Shown piece after piece: positions 25,905 to 40,026 of a DNA stretch of 64,000 nt. How positions within the stretch are numbered: position 1 is the first letter of the stretch; every line of letters starts with the position of its first letter. The position numbers were made by a program, and so were the translations under genes. Below the pieces are notes generated by a model, which saw only the letters and a program-made list of their open reading frames with translations, was not told where the DNA came from and did no database searches. Origin of the DNA: Laetmonice hystrix (lineage: Eukaryota); assembly GCA_965235115.1 (NCBI GenBank), contig OZ249447.1:10168001-10232000 (forward strand), in the 5' to 3' direction.

Positions 25905-27765
25905 TACCATGGAAGGGACGGGTTCTGTAGAACTGACAGTCGTAAGGACCCTAGTGAATCAGACGGGACTTTATACACTTCTTTAGTGATCAAAGCTAAA
26001 ACTATGACTAAACTATAAAATCGACAATTAAACTTAATCAATGACATGCAAAGACATCACATCAGCTGAAAGAATGTCAGCGCGACACTCCTGCTGGGGA
26101 GGCATGCAGCCTTTATTTTCAGAAGATTTCTCTCGAAACTCTACGATGTCCACACATGTGTTCAGGCAAGCATTTAGGCACTGAATGGAGACGAATCTAA
26201 ACGGGAAACAAATATTGTCCCATTGTCACTTTCTATCCCCATTTTAAGACTCGCATAGACAAAGAGAACCTGTGTAACAGAGAAGATTGATAGAGAAGGA
26301 ACCCTCTCAAATCGGTTTGTTTATTCCCATGTTGGCATGTTCTGACTCTGTACAACATTATAATATATAATGAATACACGAATACATTGGACAGGTAAAA
26401 TAAGAATAAAGTGGGCTATATAAATGATAACACGAATACAGCTTCACCGTGATGTTAGTGATGCATTGTCTATTCACATTCAATAGATTTGAACAGTCCA
26501 TTATTCACTGATTCGATGGCTATAGTCTTGCAAAATGAATGTTGTTTGCTACTTGCACAAGAACCCATCTTGAAGATGTATAGCTAGCGTAGCTTTCAAT
26601 CGAGATTCTTATCTGGACTTTAAACTGTCCCTACAAGTGTAGTGTAATGGCGATTATAATGATATGCCAGGGACAAATTACCACAGTTTGCTATCTGAGT
26701 TTGTAATGTCATTCTCTGTTCCTCTAGTAAATCTAAGATACATGTTAACGATCTAAGCTATGGTCAAACGTATTCGGAATGACACAAAGAACAACCAATA
26801 GTATTGTGTATGTAAAGGAGGGATATATTTCTAGAGGAGACCCTGACAATATTCTGCCGTTATCTTCGCCAGGGGACCCCCTCAGCCGGCCCACTACTTA
26901 ATTGTGTGCTATCTGCGGGTCCAACATAGCCTCCTTATCAAATCTTATCGGATGTGGCGCAGACACTGCCAGCAGACAGCGCGGCCACCTCTTTTTGTGA
27001 CTGACCACAAAGGAGAGACCCTGTCAGGCACAATAATCACATAAATCTCAATCACTGCCACAATTTCGTTCTCCTTTCATATCCATTCTGTGATTGTGTG
27101 CACCAGCCCTCCCAATCCAAAGCCGCCGTTCGCCACCAGTGGACCACAGCAAGGGATACCCCGACTTCATTTATTTTCCATTCATAATAAGAATAAGGTG
27201 GACAAATATCTTCAGCTCTGTTTGCAAGCACAGAATGAAAGGAAAATGGGTGAGTGGGTCTGTGCATGTGTTTAGGGGGGGACGGTGTCTAGCATTGAAC
27301 GTACATTATCTTTTTTAGGCATGGATATCCTCATTCTGTGAGCAGGATGAACTCGGAATCTGGTATTCGCCGCGCCGGTGTGGTATATAAAGTGGACCGC
27401 ACTTGAACATGTACCCTATTCCCAACAGGGGTGCATTATTATTCTCACATCGGCATAACACTCGGATACTTTTGTGTATTGTCTGTTTGGGGCCGGTAAA
27501 TAGATAGGATTCAATACGTCCTGCTACCAATATTAATTCTAGAAACACCCTGAGAGCAACTTGTCATCCTCGTTCTGTCATGGAACTAGACATTCGGGCA
27601 GAGCCGACCATCAAATCCAAGAGAAGGAATGACTTTTTTCTGATTGAACATGGATGGCGGCCGGAGCAGGAAATGGAGCTCTTAGTTTGCTAACATGTCG
27701 AGCTGAAATAAGCAATGATCTCTAGCAAACACTATGGGCAGGGATCGTCGGGGGCTCTCATCGAT

Positions 27766-27979
27766 ACCAAGCTCTGGTTGTCACTTGGTCTAGTTATAAC
27801 CACAGTACCCATGGGGACGCCAAGCTCTGGGTGTCACTTGGTCTAGTTATAACCACAGTACCCATGGGGACGCCAAGCTCTGGGTGTCACTTGGTCTAGT
27901 TATAACCACAGTACCCATGGGGACGCCAAGCTCTGGGTGTCACTTGGTCTAGTTATAACCACAGTACCCATGGGGACGC
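27766..27979. repeat. 53-bp minisatellite, 4 copies
   Basis: CCAAGCTCTGGGTGTCACTTGGTCTAGTTATAACCACAGTACCCATGGGGACG repeated. Confidence 0.95.
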
Positions 27980-30787
27980 GGCAGACAATATGTCCCCTTT
28001 ACTTTGCAATATTCTAACCTTGCTGTCGCCGTAAAGATTGCCTTAGTTGCCGACTAACACACTCCTTCACCTATACTTACGACACCATACGAGAATGGTA
28101 AAACTTCACGCACTGCTCCAGTGATGGACCTAAATTTCCAAAGACTTACAAAACGTGAAGACCTATCCTAAATACGAAGCTTCCAAGGTCAATCTTAATT
28201 TAATTCGCGGATGCATCTATATGCTATATACAGACTTAACGCTGGATTACGCACCTACCCAACCCATCTTCTCAAATCTTGGGCTCCGCCTCTGCGGCCG
28301 GGCTCCGTGGGCCTCCTGACGTTACCTCAGCTCATGCCTCTGTAAGCGGAGCAGGGACCCAGGTGGAGAGTGACACAGAATGGTTCCAGTTGTACGTAAC
28401 CTTGTCACAGCAGGTCAGGGTACCAGTCAATTGACGTGACCTAGTTCTGGTCCGGTTTATCGTTCCTCCATGCTGATTGGTTGATTGTCGACTCAACTCA
28501 CCCCCACGTGGTCCCCCGCGAGATCTCGCCACGGCTACAGATCGTGGCCTGTGGATCCAGCACGTGCATAAACACGTGCGCTGTGAGCCAGATCAGCTGG
28601 ATCACAGCTGGACGTGTTACCAGCCCAAACACACCGACAGGAGGACAGCTGTCAACATGTCAACCCGCTGGAGGAATTCTAAACCCTTCCACTATAAAGT
28701 ATAGAGTTACAGGTACAGGCAGAAATACTGAGGGGGTTTGGAAGGTCTGGATCCTGCTTTGGGGGCCCATGATTCTTCACTCATTTTATACTTGGACATG
28801 TGACCCTCTCAGTGCTAACTCCCTCTACCACCTTTCCATGCACTTTCCTGGATCCTGCTAAGTAAATAAGCCTATTGTCCTTGTTACATTGTTGTTCTAC
28901 GAATAAAGACCTATCTCCATTTCCTAGCTGTGTAAGGTTGTCTCCCAAGGACAAAGTTAAAACCATGTTGATATTAACTCTTATATACAGACGACATATC
29001 ATCATTTATCCTGGGTCGGTTACACCTAGCAAACACAGAGCAGAGAAATATAACGTCCATTATCAGTTATTGTCCGCATCCTGCCTATGAATAAACTCCG
29101 TGCCACTCTACCCATTCAATCCCCACCCTGAGTCTGTCAGTAAACTGAACCCTTGTTGGGGTCTCCATGCCATCACTAATGGCAAGTTTCTGACCTCTGA
29201 TGTGAGTGTACGCTTTGAGGGACAAGTCAATAGGAAGGACGGTATCACCATTACAGGCTTAGGGTGAAGGATAGTGATATTTTGTTACAACCAGAGATAG
29301 CGACAAGGATAAAACGGGGAACACACCTGACGCGAATCTACACGATGCGACGCGATTATGAAAACCTCTTAATGGGTTTCAGCGAGTGTGAACACACCTC
29401 AAACTCCAGCGACGTGCACGTCACGGGGTAATGATTCCCCCATGATAACTTCCCCACATTTTGGGCAAGGGTCCGAGTTAAGGTCAGGGATAGGGATATG
29501 GATAGGATAGGAATATGTTTTGGGAGGTGTAGGGACCAGGGTTAGGGTTAGGAATAAGGTCAGGGCTATGGATCTTTCGATCACATTTCGTGGGGTTTAT
29601 GTTATCGCGAGCGATGTACGGGTCACAGTATCAAAGGGTCTCTCTCAGGTAACCGGCAGTCCGGGGGGGGGGGGGGCGCCATAATGTCCTGATTACCATA
29701 CCTCGAGGATGAAACATGATGACTCAACGACTGACCCCAGACAACATACCCCACCGAGCCGTATCTCTTGTGGCATAACCAGAATGTTTCTTGTAACTAC
29801 AACAAGGGAACATGTCATAAATAACTACACAAGTCTTCTTAGCATTACCATCACCATACAGACCATATCTACTACCGAATGGCCCTTTCTAAACTTTCCT
29901 CGTAATTTGGGGAAGCCCCACTGCAAACATTAACTTTTTTCTACATTTTGTTCTAGCCAGGACGTACCTCGGTGATATTGCCTCCGTAATACTGTAGTCC
30001 GCACCTGTGGTCCATACATCACGAGTACAGGGAAAAAATAAATAGTGTTCTCCCCAAATAATTAGGACTATTTTTCTTTCTCACACATGGCGATTTTGGC
30101 AGGTATGCAAGAACTTACATTCACTTACGATTGGCAATCACATTTCGCACACTGGATACGTGTCCTAACTCAACTCCAATGTCATTCGATCACAGCTTCG
30201 AGGAGCAATCCCTTAGGGGGGTCGCAACCCCTCACGGCTGGCCACACCTGTTAGGTCAATACCCTGTGACCTCTGACGGGGCCCAAACAACCTACCCTGG
30301 ACTCCCCTCCTATACATCTCACTGCCGGGCCACTTATATTCTTAGCAACCGCCATGTTCGCAAGACGCGTCCAACAGACAAAGCCATGAAAAGAGAGTTT
30401 GATACGACATTACCTTGACGTTGGATCAGGGCCCCTGGTAATAAGTTTACCGAAGTGTCATCGCAACTCCTGCTCCTTCTATGATCAATCTCCAAGAGGA
30501 CGTCTCCACAGGGAAACATAAAGAAAACTTTCCCTTCCTAATTTGTTATATTAATCGCCACCTGGAATGATTTTTTTATGAAGGAACATTTTACCTGCGC
30601 CAGTCCGATCACATGAAGTACGAGTTCAGCGCTCCAGACTGACGCCTCAACCTACTACGTGCACAGTCTGATAGACTTCACATGGCAGCGGGTCGGACTT
30701 CCAATATACCATTCAAATGGAACTGCCATGTCAGACTGCTGCCACCCTCGACGACAGAGAGGTCTCCTCCTGCTACCAGTCTAACAG

Positions 30788-30868
30788 CAGAGAGTTTACT
30801 CCAGGGGGTTTTCCTACAGGAGGTCTGTAGAGAGTTTACTCCAGGGGGTGTTCCTACAGGAGGTCTGT
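30788..30868. repeat. ~40-bp tandem duplication
   Basis: AGAGAGTTTACTCCAGGGGGT(T/G)TTCCTACAGGAGGTCTGT twice. Confidence 0.9.
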
Positions 30869-31064
30869 GTGAGAACAGGGGTCGGTCTGTGTGTATACGG
30901 GTCTCAGCAAGCTATTGCAGACAGACATGGTTTCCGACTCACACGTTATAATTCACCAAATACCGTCCCCATCCCAACCCCAAACACAACAATCACTTCA
31001 ACTTCAGGCCATCACCTCTATGGGTCAAACACAATGGTTCTACAGGGGCGAACACAGCTATGTT

Positions 31065-31335
31065 TCCCTATTGCCGGAAAACAGTCCAGAAAATCCGACT
31101 TAGGCCTATGTATTGCCTTGAAAACCGTCCAGATACAATTGAAAACAGTCCAGAAAATCCGACTTAGGCCTAAGTATTGCCTTGAAAACCGTCCAGAACC
31201 CCTTGAAAACAGTCCAGAAAGTCCCACTTGAGCCTAAGTATTGCCTTGAAAACCGTCCAGAAACCCTTGAAAACAGTCCAGAAAATCCGGCTTAGGAAGT
31301 ATTGCCTTGAAAACCGTCCAAAAAACCTTGAAAGT
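31065..31335. repeat. ~70-bp composite repeat with internal ~21-bp TTGAAAAC(C/A)GTCCAGAA subunits
   Basis: About 4 diverged copies. Confidence 0.85.
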
Positions 31336-32584
31336 GCCCAGATCTCGACCTTCATCCAGAAAGCATGCCATCAGTTGAAGGTCAGAACAGCCATGTTTAA
31401 GCAAGAGATGATTCCAATTATTATGAAGTCAGGGCCATGACATCCACACTCAGTATACGAGCGCTGTGTGTTGTCTTATCTCTCTAATAGATGCTTGGAG
31501 AATTGAGACCGAGAGTGACATGAAACTTCACTCAACATCAGCGCCTGCACTGTTGGAAGACGACTCCCATGAGAGTCATACCACGGGAGTGATGAGACAC
31601 CGCTCAGTTGGAATCACTAATGTCCTTTATGACATCAGATATAATGGAAGCTTGACTTGATCTACTTGCACCGATCAGCGCTAAAATATTACAGTATAAT
31701 AATTATATGGACCAAAGGAAGGCAGCCTTGTACGGACCAATTCGTACCTCTATTTCAAGAGAAAGCCATTTCCTTATCAAACTCATTCTCTGTGAACTCC
31801 CCCTTCCCCCCTGAAATCTTGTTTCCCTGTATACGGATCAAGGGGTCGGAGCACCCAGTGTGATGGTACAGTTTATCTCTGATCCTTTCGTCATACTGAA
31901 CCAAAGATTCAACCTGATCACCAGCACAAGAACAGATTGTTCTTGAATCTGAAGGCGGTGCAGCTATGCAGGCTATGCAGGTCCGCAGGCTATGCAGGCT
32001 TTCTTGGCCCTCAGACCAACAGTCAAAACAAAACTGAACAAATTGAGCCTGAGAGCTCAAAGAAATCCGTGGTGATTGAAATGGTCAAGAAGCAAACCGG
32101 CGTGTCTTGTGGTCGGTTTGGGAGTTGTTCCTGTTGACAGTGGGTATGGTGGATGAGGAGGGGGCGTTGACCTGGGACTAAGTTTGGGGTAAAATGTGAT
32201 CAGCTGCCATCCCGATGAAAGACCCCGCCCCAGGGCCTGGAGGGCAGCTACATCAGGTCACATCGGGCTTGGACATCTTGCCTGCCTCCTGTGGCCTGTG
32301 TAAATTCCTCAGGGGCCCCGGCCCCTTTCTCTTACTTTTTTAGAGCAGGTTAAAGTGACAAGGCTATAATTCAGGATGATGGGTTGCCACGGTAATACCA
32401 TAATAATCCGTTTTTTAATTCATATTTTTTACTTTTTTATTTTTATCAAATTGACAGTCCCGGATAAACAAAAACATGCTGAATTTGATGCGGGATTTAC
32501 TACCAAACAGTTCAGTCTGCATGGCTGCGGTTTAACTATGTCATCGGTTTACGATCTGTGCAACCTGTGCCTGAGTACGTACAA

Positions 32585-32710
32585 TCTGAGAAACCATTCA
32601 ACTAGCAACCTAACCATCCATCCAACCAGCCAACCAACCATCCAACAAACCAACCATCCATCCAGCAGCCAACCATCCAACCAGCCAGCCATCCAGCCAA
32701 CCAACCAGCC
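32585..32710. repeat. Degenerate (CCAN)n tetranucleotide microsatellite
   Basis: Mix of CCAT/CCAA/CCAG units. Confidence 0.85.
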
Positions 32711-33957
32711 AGGTTTCCAGGCCCACCGCCAGCTGAAAGCCATCAGCCTCACGGATGAAGACATCCGATGACGTCCGAATGAAAGGCCCACGTGGCCGCC
32801 GTCGCCATGAGGCGGCCCCCAGCTGGCTCGATGACGGCACGGACCGGTTGGCGGATGGCACCCAGCCCGTGCCCAGCAGTGCCGAGTGACCAGACACAGG
32901 ACGGGAGGTGGGCGGTGAGCAGCGGGCGGCCGGTGTGGGGCGCCACAACCCAGACACGTGCCTCCAGCCTCACCATCACCAACATCAGACTGCGCAGGCG
33001 CAGACAACCAGCTCTATGGAAACACTTTCGCCTGTCTCCAGGTCGGCTGGGCACTAGGAACTTGTTGAATCTTCTTGCTTTCTCATTGCGGAAATTAACG
33101 GGAATCAGAGCATACAACAGCAGGTGGAAACGATCTATAGTCATCGGGTTCAGTTGAGTACGGTACATCATCCCCATATGAGGGATGTTATGGTGTCAAC
33201 GTTTCCAGAAAATAATGAAAAATATTGACAAAATGCATAGAACAAAGCACGTGTCGACATACAAACGGTACTTTACCATGAACACACAGGGACAGTGATG
33301 TATTTGCACAACACATCCCAGCTCCAAAAAGTGGGTGAGGGCTATACTGTTTAAAGCAAGGGGCATTGCTCCCTGCCCTCTGTTCTGAGTTTACTGACGG
33401 ATGTAGAGTTGTTGCCTACATTAGTGTGTATACACTTAGAGCCATGTGTGGGTGGTCTGTGAGATTGTTACTCAACCCTGACTGACTCCATTCTCCGAGT
33501 CCACAAACATGCTCCCCACATGAGACTTTCCTGACCTGACAAAGTGTTGACATGACCTCAGGGCGATTAATGTTTGTATCTTTCCAACCATCCTCTCCCC
33601 CTCCCACGCTATACACTGTACATCCCCAGTTACCGTACGCCTGCCTCCCAGAGAAACATATCGTCAGTAAAGTATTTAGAAAGACTTTAAGTAACTTTGT
33701 TAACTTTAACTTTGTCAGAACCTTGAATGCTCTCAAATTTCTTGTGGCCTTTACAGCGAATTTTATGATCCCAGATATTCAGACCTTATTGGGGAAGATT
33801 TTCAAATATATCCAGTTATAATAAAGTACGCAATACTTATATCAATCAATTAGATCAATATAATAAGTATAAATACGGATGGAAATGACCCCGTTTAAGC
33901 AGCCTGCAATATAGAGCCTTTCTATCTTACAATAGTAGAGTTGCCGACAGTGCTTAA

Positions 33958-34890
33958 ACCCACCAACACTCACCCACTAAATCACCTCAGTGACCAACCC
34001 ACCAAAACTCACCCACTAAATCACCTCAGTGACGAACCCACCAACACTCACCCACTAAATCACCTCAGTGACAAACCCACCAACACTCACCCACTAAATC
34101 ACCTCAGTGACAAACCCACCAACACTCACCCACTAAATCACCTCAGTGACAAACCCACCAACACTCACCCACTAAATCACCTCATTGACAAACCCACCAA
34201 CACTCACCCACTAAATCACCTCAGTGACAAACCCACCAACACTCACCCACTAAATCACCTCAGTGACCAACCCACCAACACTCACCCACTAAATCACCTC
34301 AGTGACAAACCCACCAACACTCACCCACTAAATCACCTCAGTGACCAACCCATCAACACTCACCCACTAAATCACCTCAGTGACAAACCCACCAACACTC
34401 ACCCACTAAATCACCTCAGTGACCAACCCACCAACACTCACCCACTAAATCACCTCAGTGACAAACCCACCAACACTCACCCACTAAATCACCTCAGTGA
34501 CAAACCCACCAACACTCACCCACTAAATCACCTCAGTGACCAACCCACCAACACTCACCCACTAAATCACCTCAGTGACAAACCCACCAACACTCACCCA
34601 CTAAATCACCTCATTGACAAACCCACCAACACTCACCCACTAAATCACCTCAGTGACAAACCCACCAACACTCACCCACTAAATCACCTCAGTGACAAAC
34701 CCACCAACACTCACCCACTAAATCACCTCATTGACAAACCCACCAACACTCACCCACTAAATCACCTCAGTGACAAACCCACCAACACTCACCCACTAAA
34801 TCACCTCAGTGACAAACCCACCAACACTCACCCACTAAATCACCTCAGTGACCAACCCACCAACACTCACCCACTAAATCACCTCAGTGA
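33958..34890. repeat. 39-bp minisatellite, ~24 copies
   Basis: CCCACCAACACTCACCCACTAAATCACCTCAGTGACAAA repeated; it gives a spurious 330-aa ORF. Confidence 0.97.
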
Positions 34891-35145
34891 TCATCCAATG
34901 TATGGTATTTGTTTCACGACCAACAGGAAGTGAGGTAGGAGCTGAGTATCCGGATATACACGCAGCCAACTTAGAGGAAGTCCCTTTCCTGCTGGGAGTG
35001 ATCATTTTCACAGATGGTCACCCAAGCCCACAGCGCCAGTGTTATTTACTGATTCAACATCAGTCTGGGCCTGGTAAAATATGTTGTAGTGGGATCCAGG
35101 CGGGTGTCCAGCCATATGACAGTCATCAATGACGGATCACCCAGC

Positions 35146-35240
35146 TTTAGTTCATCACTAGACTCAGTCATCCCTATCCTCATCTTTAGTTCATCACTAG
35201 ACTCACTCATCGTTATCCTCATCTTTAGTTCATCACTACG
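35146..35240. repeat. 39-bp tandem repeat, ~2.4 copies
   Basis: TTTAGTTCATCACTAGACTCA...ATCCTCATC repeated. Confidence 0.85.
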
Positions 35241-36375
35241 CCCAGTCTACACAACATTTAGCCTACGGAGTGCAATCACCGAAAGATAATAATCTGATAG
35301 GAACACCACATGGATACGTGGATACATGGATACACATAATCCTTTCTCCACATGAGTGTAGATCTATTACGAGTTAGGAAGTATTTCAACGAGTTTCCGA
35401 TTAAATTACACGGAACCACCATTTCCAGAAATAGGAAAGGCCATCCAGGAAAAATTACAGAGTGAAATTCCACCATTAGATCTAAACAAAAATATCGCAT
35501 GGTCGTCGCAAGGACAAGTACCTTAGTGGGCATAGGCTTTTTAAGACACTGCTGTACGGTTTCTGGAGGCAACAGTGAACCTTCATGGTCACTGCCAGGA
35601 ACACCTACAGACACGACAGGTATACGTGAGACTGTCTGGGCTAGCGCTACACGTAACGCCACCTGACACCTCAATTATCGCTCAGTGTACGTCTTTCAGG
35701 CGGTAGACTGCTGCTCTCAACTGTGTCCTGCGTACAATTCGTTTTTTCGAGCAGGAACAAGCCGCCGAATGGCTGCGGCTCCACTAAATGAGCGATAATG
35801 AGTTTTATGATAAGAGCTAGGGTTAGCATTAACATCTTTTATTGCTCCTTTTCTGACTTGGGCCGCTTTGGCTTCCGGCCTAGACTCCGGTCTCTAGCTA
35901 ATCTTTGTCTGTATCTATACTGCATCCGTTCTCGTCCAGTGTTTGCCACAGGAATCACATTTCTTGTACGAATCTGATATTTAATAATGTGAGTGATTAA
36001 TTTCAGGTAGTTTAAAAAGTGAACATCATAAAAACCATACAATAATAATAAAATTTATAATAACACATTTATTACAAGTTCCTAATACATTTATTACACG
36101 TTCTTTGCTATAGGTGGGTTTAACCAGTGTCTCTATGGAAGTAGGCCTACACGTGTGTGCTTGTATCCGGATATAGAGTGTAGGTACAACCTTATATGTC
36201 CTGAATATTTGTAAATAAAAATCAGCGGATTTAATATTGAATCTATCGTCGAGATATCTGGCCCTCGTGAAACATCGCTTTAGAAGGGGTCGGTATTCGG
36301 TTTTTCTGTAACACTAGAGGGAACGCTAAAAGTGGCAACATGCCACTTGTTGGGGCCCGGTTCACTAAAGCTGTA

Positions 36376-36542
36376 TCCTCACTGGACGCGTGCGACGCGA
36401 GCGGCGCGCGCGTTTTTTTATGGAAATGAATGGAGCGCGTCACAAAAAATGTCGCGCGCGGCTAGTGCAGATGGTTCCATTCATTTCGATTACTTCTAAA
36501 ATAAACGCGCGCGTCGCTCGCGTCGCACGCGTCCAGTGAGGA
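36376..36542. mobile_element. CpG-rich MITE with ~40-bp TIRs (PIF/Harbinger-like family is a guess)
   Basis: TCCTCACTGGACGCGTGCGACGCGAGCGGCGCGCGCGTTT pairs with AAACGCGCGCGTCGCTCGCGTCGCACGCGTCCAGTGAGGA. Internal GAAATGAATGGA/TCCATTCATTTC is also inverted. Confidence 0.75.
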
Positions 36543-36689
36543 GAGAGCGTCAGCCGGCAACGTCGCGCGTCATAAATGTCGCCCCATGCGGCCAACGTTA
36601 AAGCAATGGGTGACGTCGCCAGAACGGACGACAGTTGACCTTATGTGGGGTGGCGACGTATCATTTGGCGACATCGCCGGCTTAGTGCA

Positions 36690-36925
36690 GAGGTCACTCA
36701 TCGTGTATATCTGTACCAGAGGTCGCTCAATCTTTCAATATGTCGCAAAAAGTTGCTAAGTCTGTCAATCTGTCGCCAGAGGTCGCTCACTGGATAGATC
36801 TGTCGCCAGAGGTCGCTCACTGCGTAGATGTATCGCCAGAGGTCGCTCACTGCGTAGATCTGTCGCCAGAGGTCGCTCACTGGATAGATCTGTGGCCAGA
36901 GAGTAGATATGTCACCAGATGTCGC
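36690..36925. repeat. 30-bp minisatellite, ~7 diverged copies
   Basis: GATCTGTCGCCAGAGGTCGCTCACTG(G/C)(A/G)TA repeated. Confidence 0.9.
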
Positions 36926-38422
36926 TAATCGTATCATTCAGTGACCAAGACGGCTTCCACATGAAGTTTACATGAGTAGTTTCCACACCTTGCGGAGGTT
37001 ACGCTCCACTAAGTGCCTCTCAAATTCATTATACTATTCTTGATAAACAGATAGACGATACAGTTCGATTCAGTGTGAAAAACTTTGTTCCACTGTGACA
37101 GGAACTCGTCATCCCGACGGGGGAAGGGAAGAATGCGCAGCATGAAATCCGTACGCCAACTCGAGGTTCAGAAGTAGTCCATGGTAAGGAAGAGAGACCT
37201 CGGTAACCAGGGTAACGTCACTACCAGGGTCGGGAAGAAATCCCAGCGAGATGAAGGTGTTATTTGGGAGGTCTGTCCCCCGAACAACCACAACATACCA
37301 CCCAGCGCGAATGGCCTCTGATCTCCTTGGACCCTAACCATGAAGGGATCAACGCCTCCTCCCGTGTTTTCACCTCTCCTAATCCACGTCTAATGCTCGC
37401 ACCAAAATGTTTTATCATTTGGTCTTCATTTCAGATCAAGCTTGGATCCATCAAGATTAAGGTGTGAAATAAAAGCCACCTGTATGTCTAATCTCATCTC
37501 AAGGTGCGGCTTTGCTGACCCTTGGGGGCCGGGCGGTGTGGTGTAAGTGTGTGTGTGTCGTTCTGGGCCTGTCGGATACCTCTATCCCTGCCATAGATCC
37601 TAACCGGAGGGCTGAGGTGGGGTGGGGTGGGGGTCGAGGGGGTCGAGGGGGTGAGGCACGCGGCATGACGGGCACTCTGACAGCGGGAATGCCTCTGATC
37701 CACGTCCTCGGGGCTTCCCGCTGAAAACACCCGCCACGTGTGGGACAACCCCACCCGTCCTTCTACCCCGTCTATTCACCCCATCCCATTCACCCTCACC
37801 CCTCACCCCCTCACCCACCCTTTACCTTGAGCACATCTCCCGCTGGTACCTCACATTTTTCTGAGGCCATTGTAATTGGTACATATCCTATAGGGTAACC
37901 AGCCAACCCTTAGATCCCCACTTACGTCTAACCCCGAGGGATCTAAACCTTCGGCAAGTCCTGACACCGACCGTCCTACGTGCTTCCTGAGGGTTAACTG
38001 TTAAACGACCATCACTCGACCTCGTCACGTGACACGTCACGTGACACGTCATGTGGTACGGTTGTACCATACTGGCAAGCGAATGCTGTTCAGGAATGGC
38101 TGTTTTCTATTTTTTTTATTTTTATTTTTGGACTGTAATGCTTGCATCCTTTTGATGCTCCATGTGACAATAAGCGAGTAGTATGCTTAGACAGTTAGGC
38201 ATGTCGGTTAACTGACCAAGTTTAAACCTTAGCTGTACCGTGTGGAATATCTAAAATCCCACAGAGGTGTTGTAGATTATCGCACACGGCTCTACCCGTT
38301 ACGTCGTGATGATCTGATGAATCGTTGCCGTGTTATTAAACATGCAATATGTGATCACACGCCTGCCGGAGATTGTAAAGATGTCAATCTCGTACCACGA
38401 CACTCTATCAGATCTCTAGCAA

Positions 38423-39195
38423 TGATTTCATAAGATACTTGATGATGAGCTGCAACCACCGTACACCTCGACCTGTCGACCGTCTATGTCTTCAACCCGA
38501 TACTGTCGCTCCAATACAACGATTTCATAAGATACTTGGTGATGAGCTGCAACCACCGTACACCTCGACTTGTCGACCGTCTATGTCTTCAACCCGATAC
38601 TGTCGCTCCAATACAACGATTTCATAAGATACTTGGTGATGAGCTGCAACCACCGTACACCTCGACCTGTCGACCGTCTATGTCTTCAACCCGATACTGT
38701 CGCTCCAATACAACGATTTCATAAGATACTTGGTGATGAGCTGCTACCACCGTACACCTCGACTTGTCGACCGTCTATGTCTTCAACCCGATACTGTCGC
38801 TCCAATACAACGATTTCATAAGATACTTGATGATGAGCTGCAACCACCGTACACCTCGACTTGTCGACCGTCTATGTCTTCAACCCGATACTGTCGCTCC
38901 AATACAACGATTTCATAAGATACTTGATGATGAGCTGCAACCACCGTACACCTCGACCTGTCGACCGTCTATGTCTTCAACCCGATACTGTCGCTCCAAT
39001 ACAACGATTTCATAAGATACTTGGTGATGAGCTGCAACCACCGTACACCTCGACTTGTCGACCGTCTATGTCTTCAACCCGATACTGTCGCTCCAATACA
39101 ACGATTTCATAAGATACTTGATGATGAGCTGCAACCATCGTACACCTCGACTTGTCGACCGTCTATTACTTCAACCCGATACTGTCGCTGCAATA
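38423..39195. repeat. 97-bp tandem repeat, 8 copies
   Basis: GATTTCATAAGATACTTG(A/G)TGATGAGCTGCAACCACCGTACACC... with period 97. Confidence 0.96.
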
Positions 39196-39669
39196 CGGCC
39201 GGAAGTATCTAATGCAGTCAGTCCTCGTACTTATAATACTTATACTTTAACCTCCGAACACATTTCTTTTAACCTTTTCTACCATTCTCTATTTAAAATG
39301 GTCAGTAATCCATGTTTCACTGCCAGAACACATTTTGAATGCGCACCAAGCTGTTCGGTTCAGCGAGGTTCGCCTCGATATCTGTACAATAAATACATGG
39401 CAGCTGACTGCACTGACAGCTGTCAGTGGTTGCAATGAATGTTGACTTCCAGTACCAGTAGGAAGCTACCGTCACTGACGCTGGTGAAAGACCAAAGAAA
39501 CTTGCGAGTTGAATCTCCGCTTGCCTGTGAAAGTTGATATGTAAATTCCCTTTGATTGACAAGGAACAGGAAGAGTTATCTGCTCCAAGATTGACACCAG
39601 CAGCTGAGGTTTATCTCCGTTAAAAAATATACGTGTTTAATTAAAGCAGCAGACGTGAGGAGACTGGCT

Positions 39670-39843
39670 TCACTTGGCGACGGAAGGTATCTTAAATAGT
39701 CTGTAGATGTTGGGTCTAGATGAGCAGAACTGGCTGGCCACCATGACCTGCTTAGGTATGATGTAGACCTTGTAAAGAAGAGTCCTCAGGGTCCAGGGTA
39801 CATGGTCTTGTTTCCTAACTCTGGTGATTCCCCCGAGAATAAC
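39670..39843 (-). pseudogene. Probable degenerate non-LTR retrotransposon (CR1/L2-like) ORF2 C-terminal fragment
   Basis: Manual translation VILGGITRVRKQDHVPWTLRTLLYKVYIIPKQVMVASQF... resembles the ILG.I.R......TL..LYK..I.P..Y.S motif downstream of LINE RT domains. Confidence 0.4.
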
Positions 39844-40026
39844 TTATAGTGAGTCTTTTTCAGCTCCTTAGCCATGGGAACTGGGTTTGCTAGGAGAGGA
39901 TCAGACTGGCGGGGTTTCCATCAGTGCACGTGGTAACCTTTAGTTGCCGGCGACCACCACGTGCTGTTTTGGAAGAGTTGGCCGGCCGGCCTCAGTGTGA
40001 TCCTGGCAGACACAGACCAGCTTGGC

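Noticed and set aside
24924-25910. 328-aa Pro-rich minus-strand ORF
   Set aside because: It is the translation of a C-rich VNTR with variable homopolymer length that switches frame phase between units.
33941-34933. 330-aa PTNTHPLNHLSDK-repeat ORF as a real protein
   Set aside because: It is a 39-bp minisatellite with a TTG start. The observed unit variants (K/Q/E, S/I, T/I, N/K) are all non-synonymous, showing no coding constraint.
37102-37183. Candidate + strand exon (AG...G|GTAAGG, ELVIPTGEGKNAQHEIRTPTRGSEVVH)
   Set aside because: The splice signals are plausible, but I recognise no homology or partner exons, and such candidates arise by chance in 64 kb.
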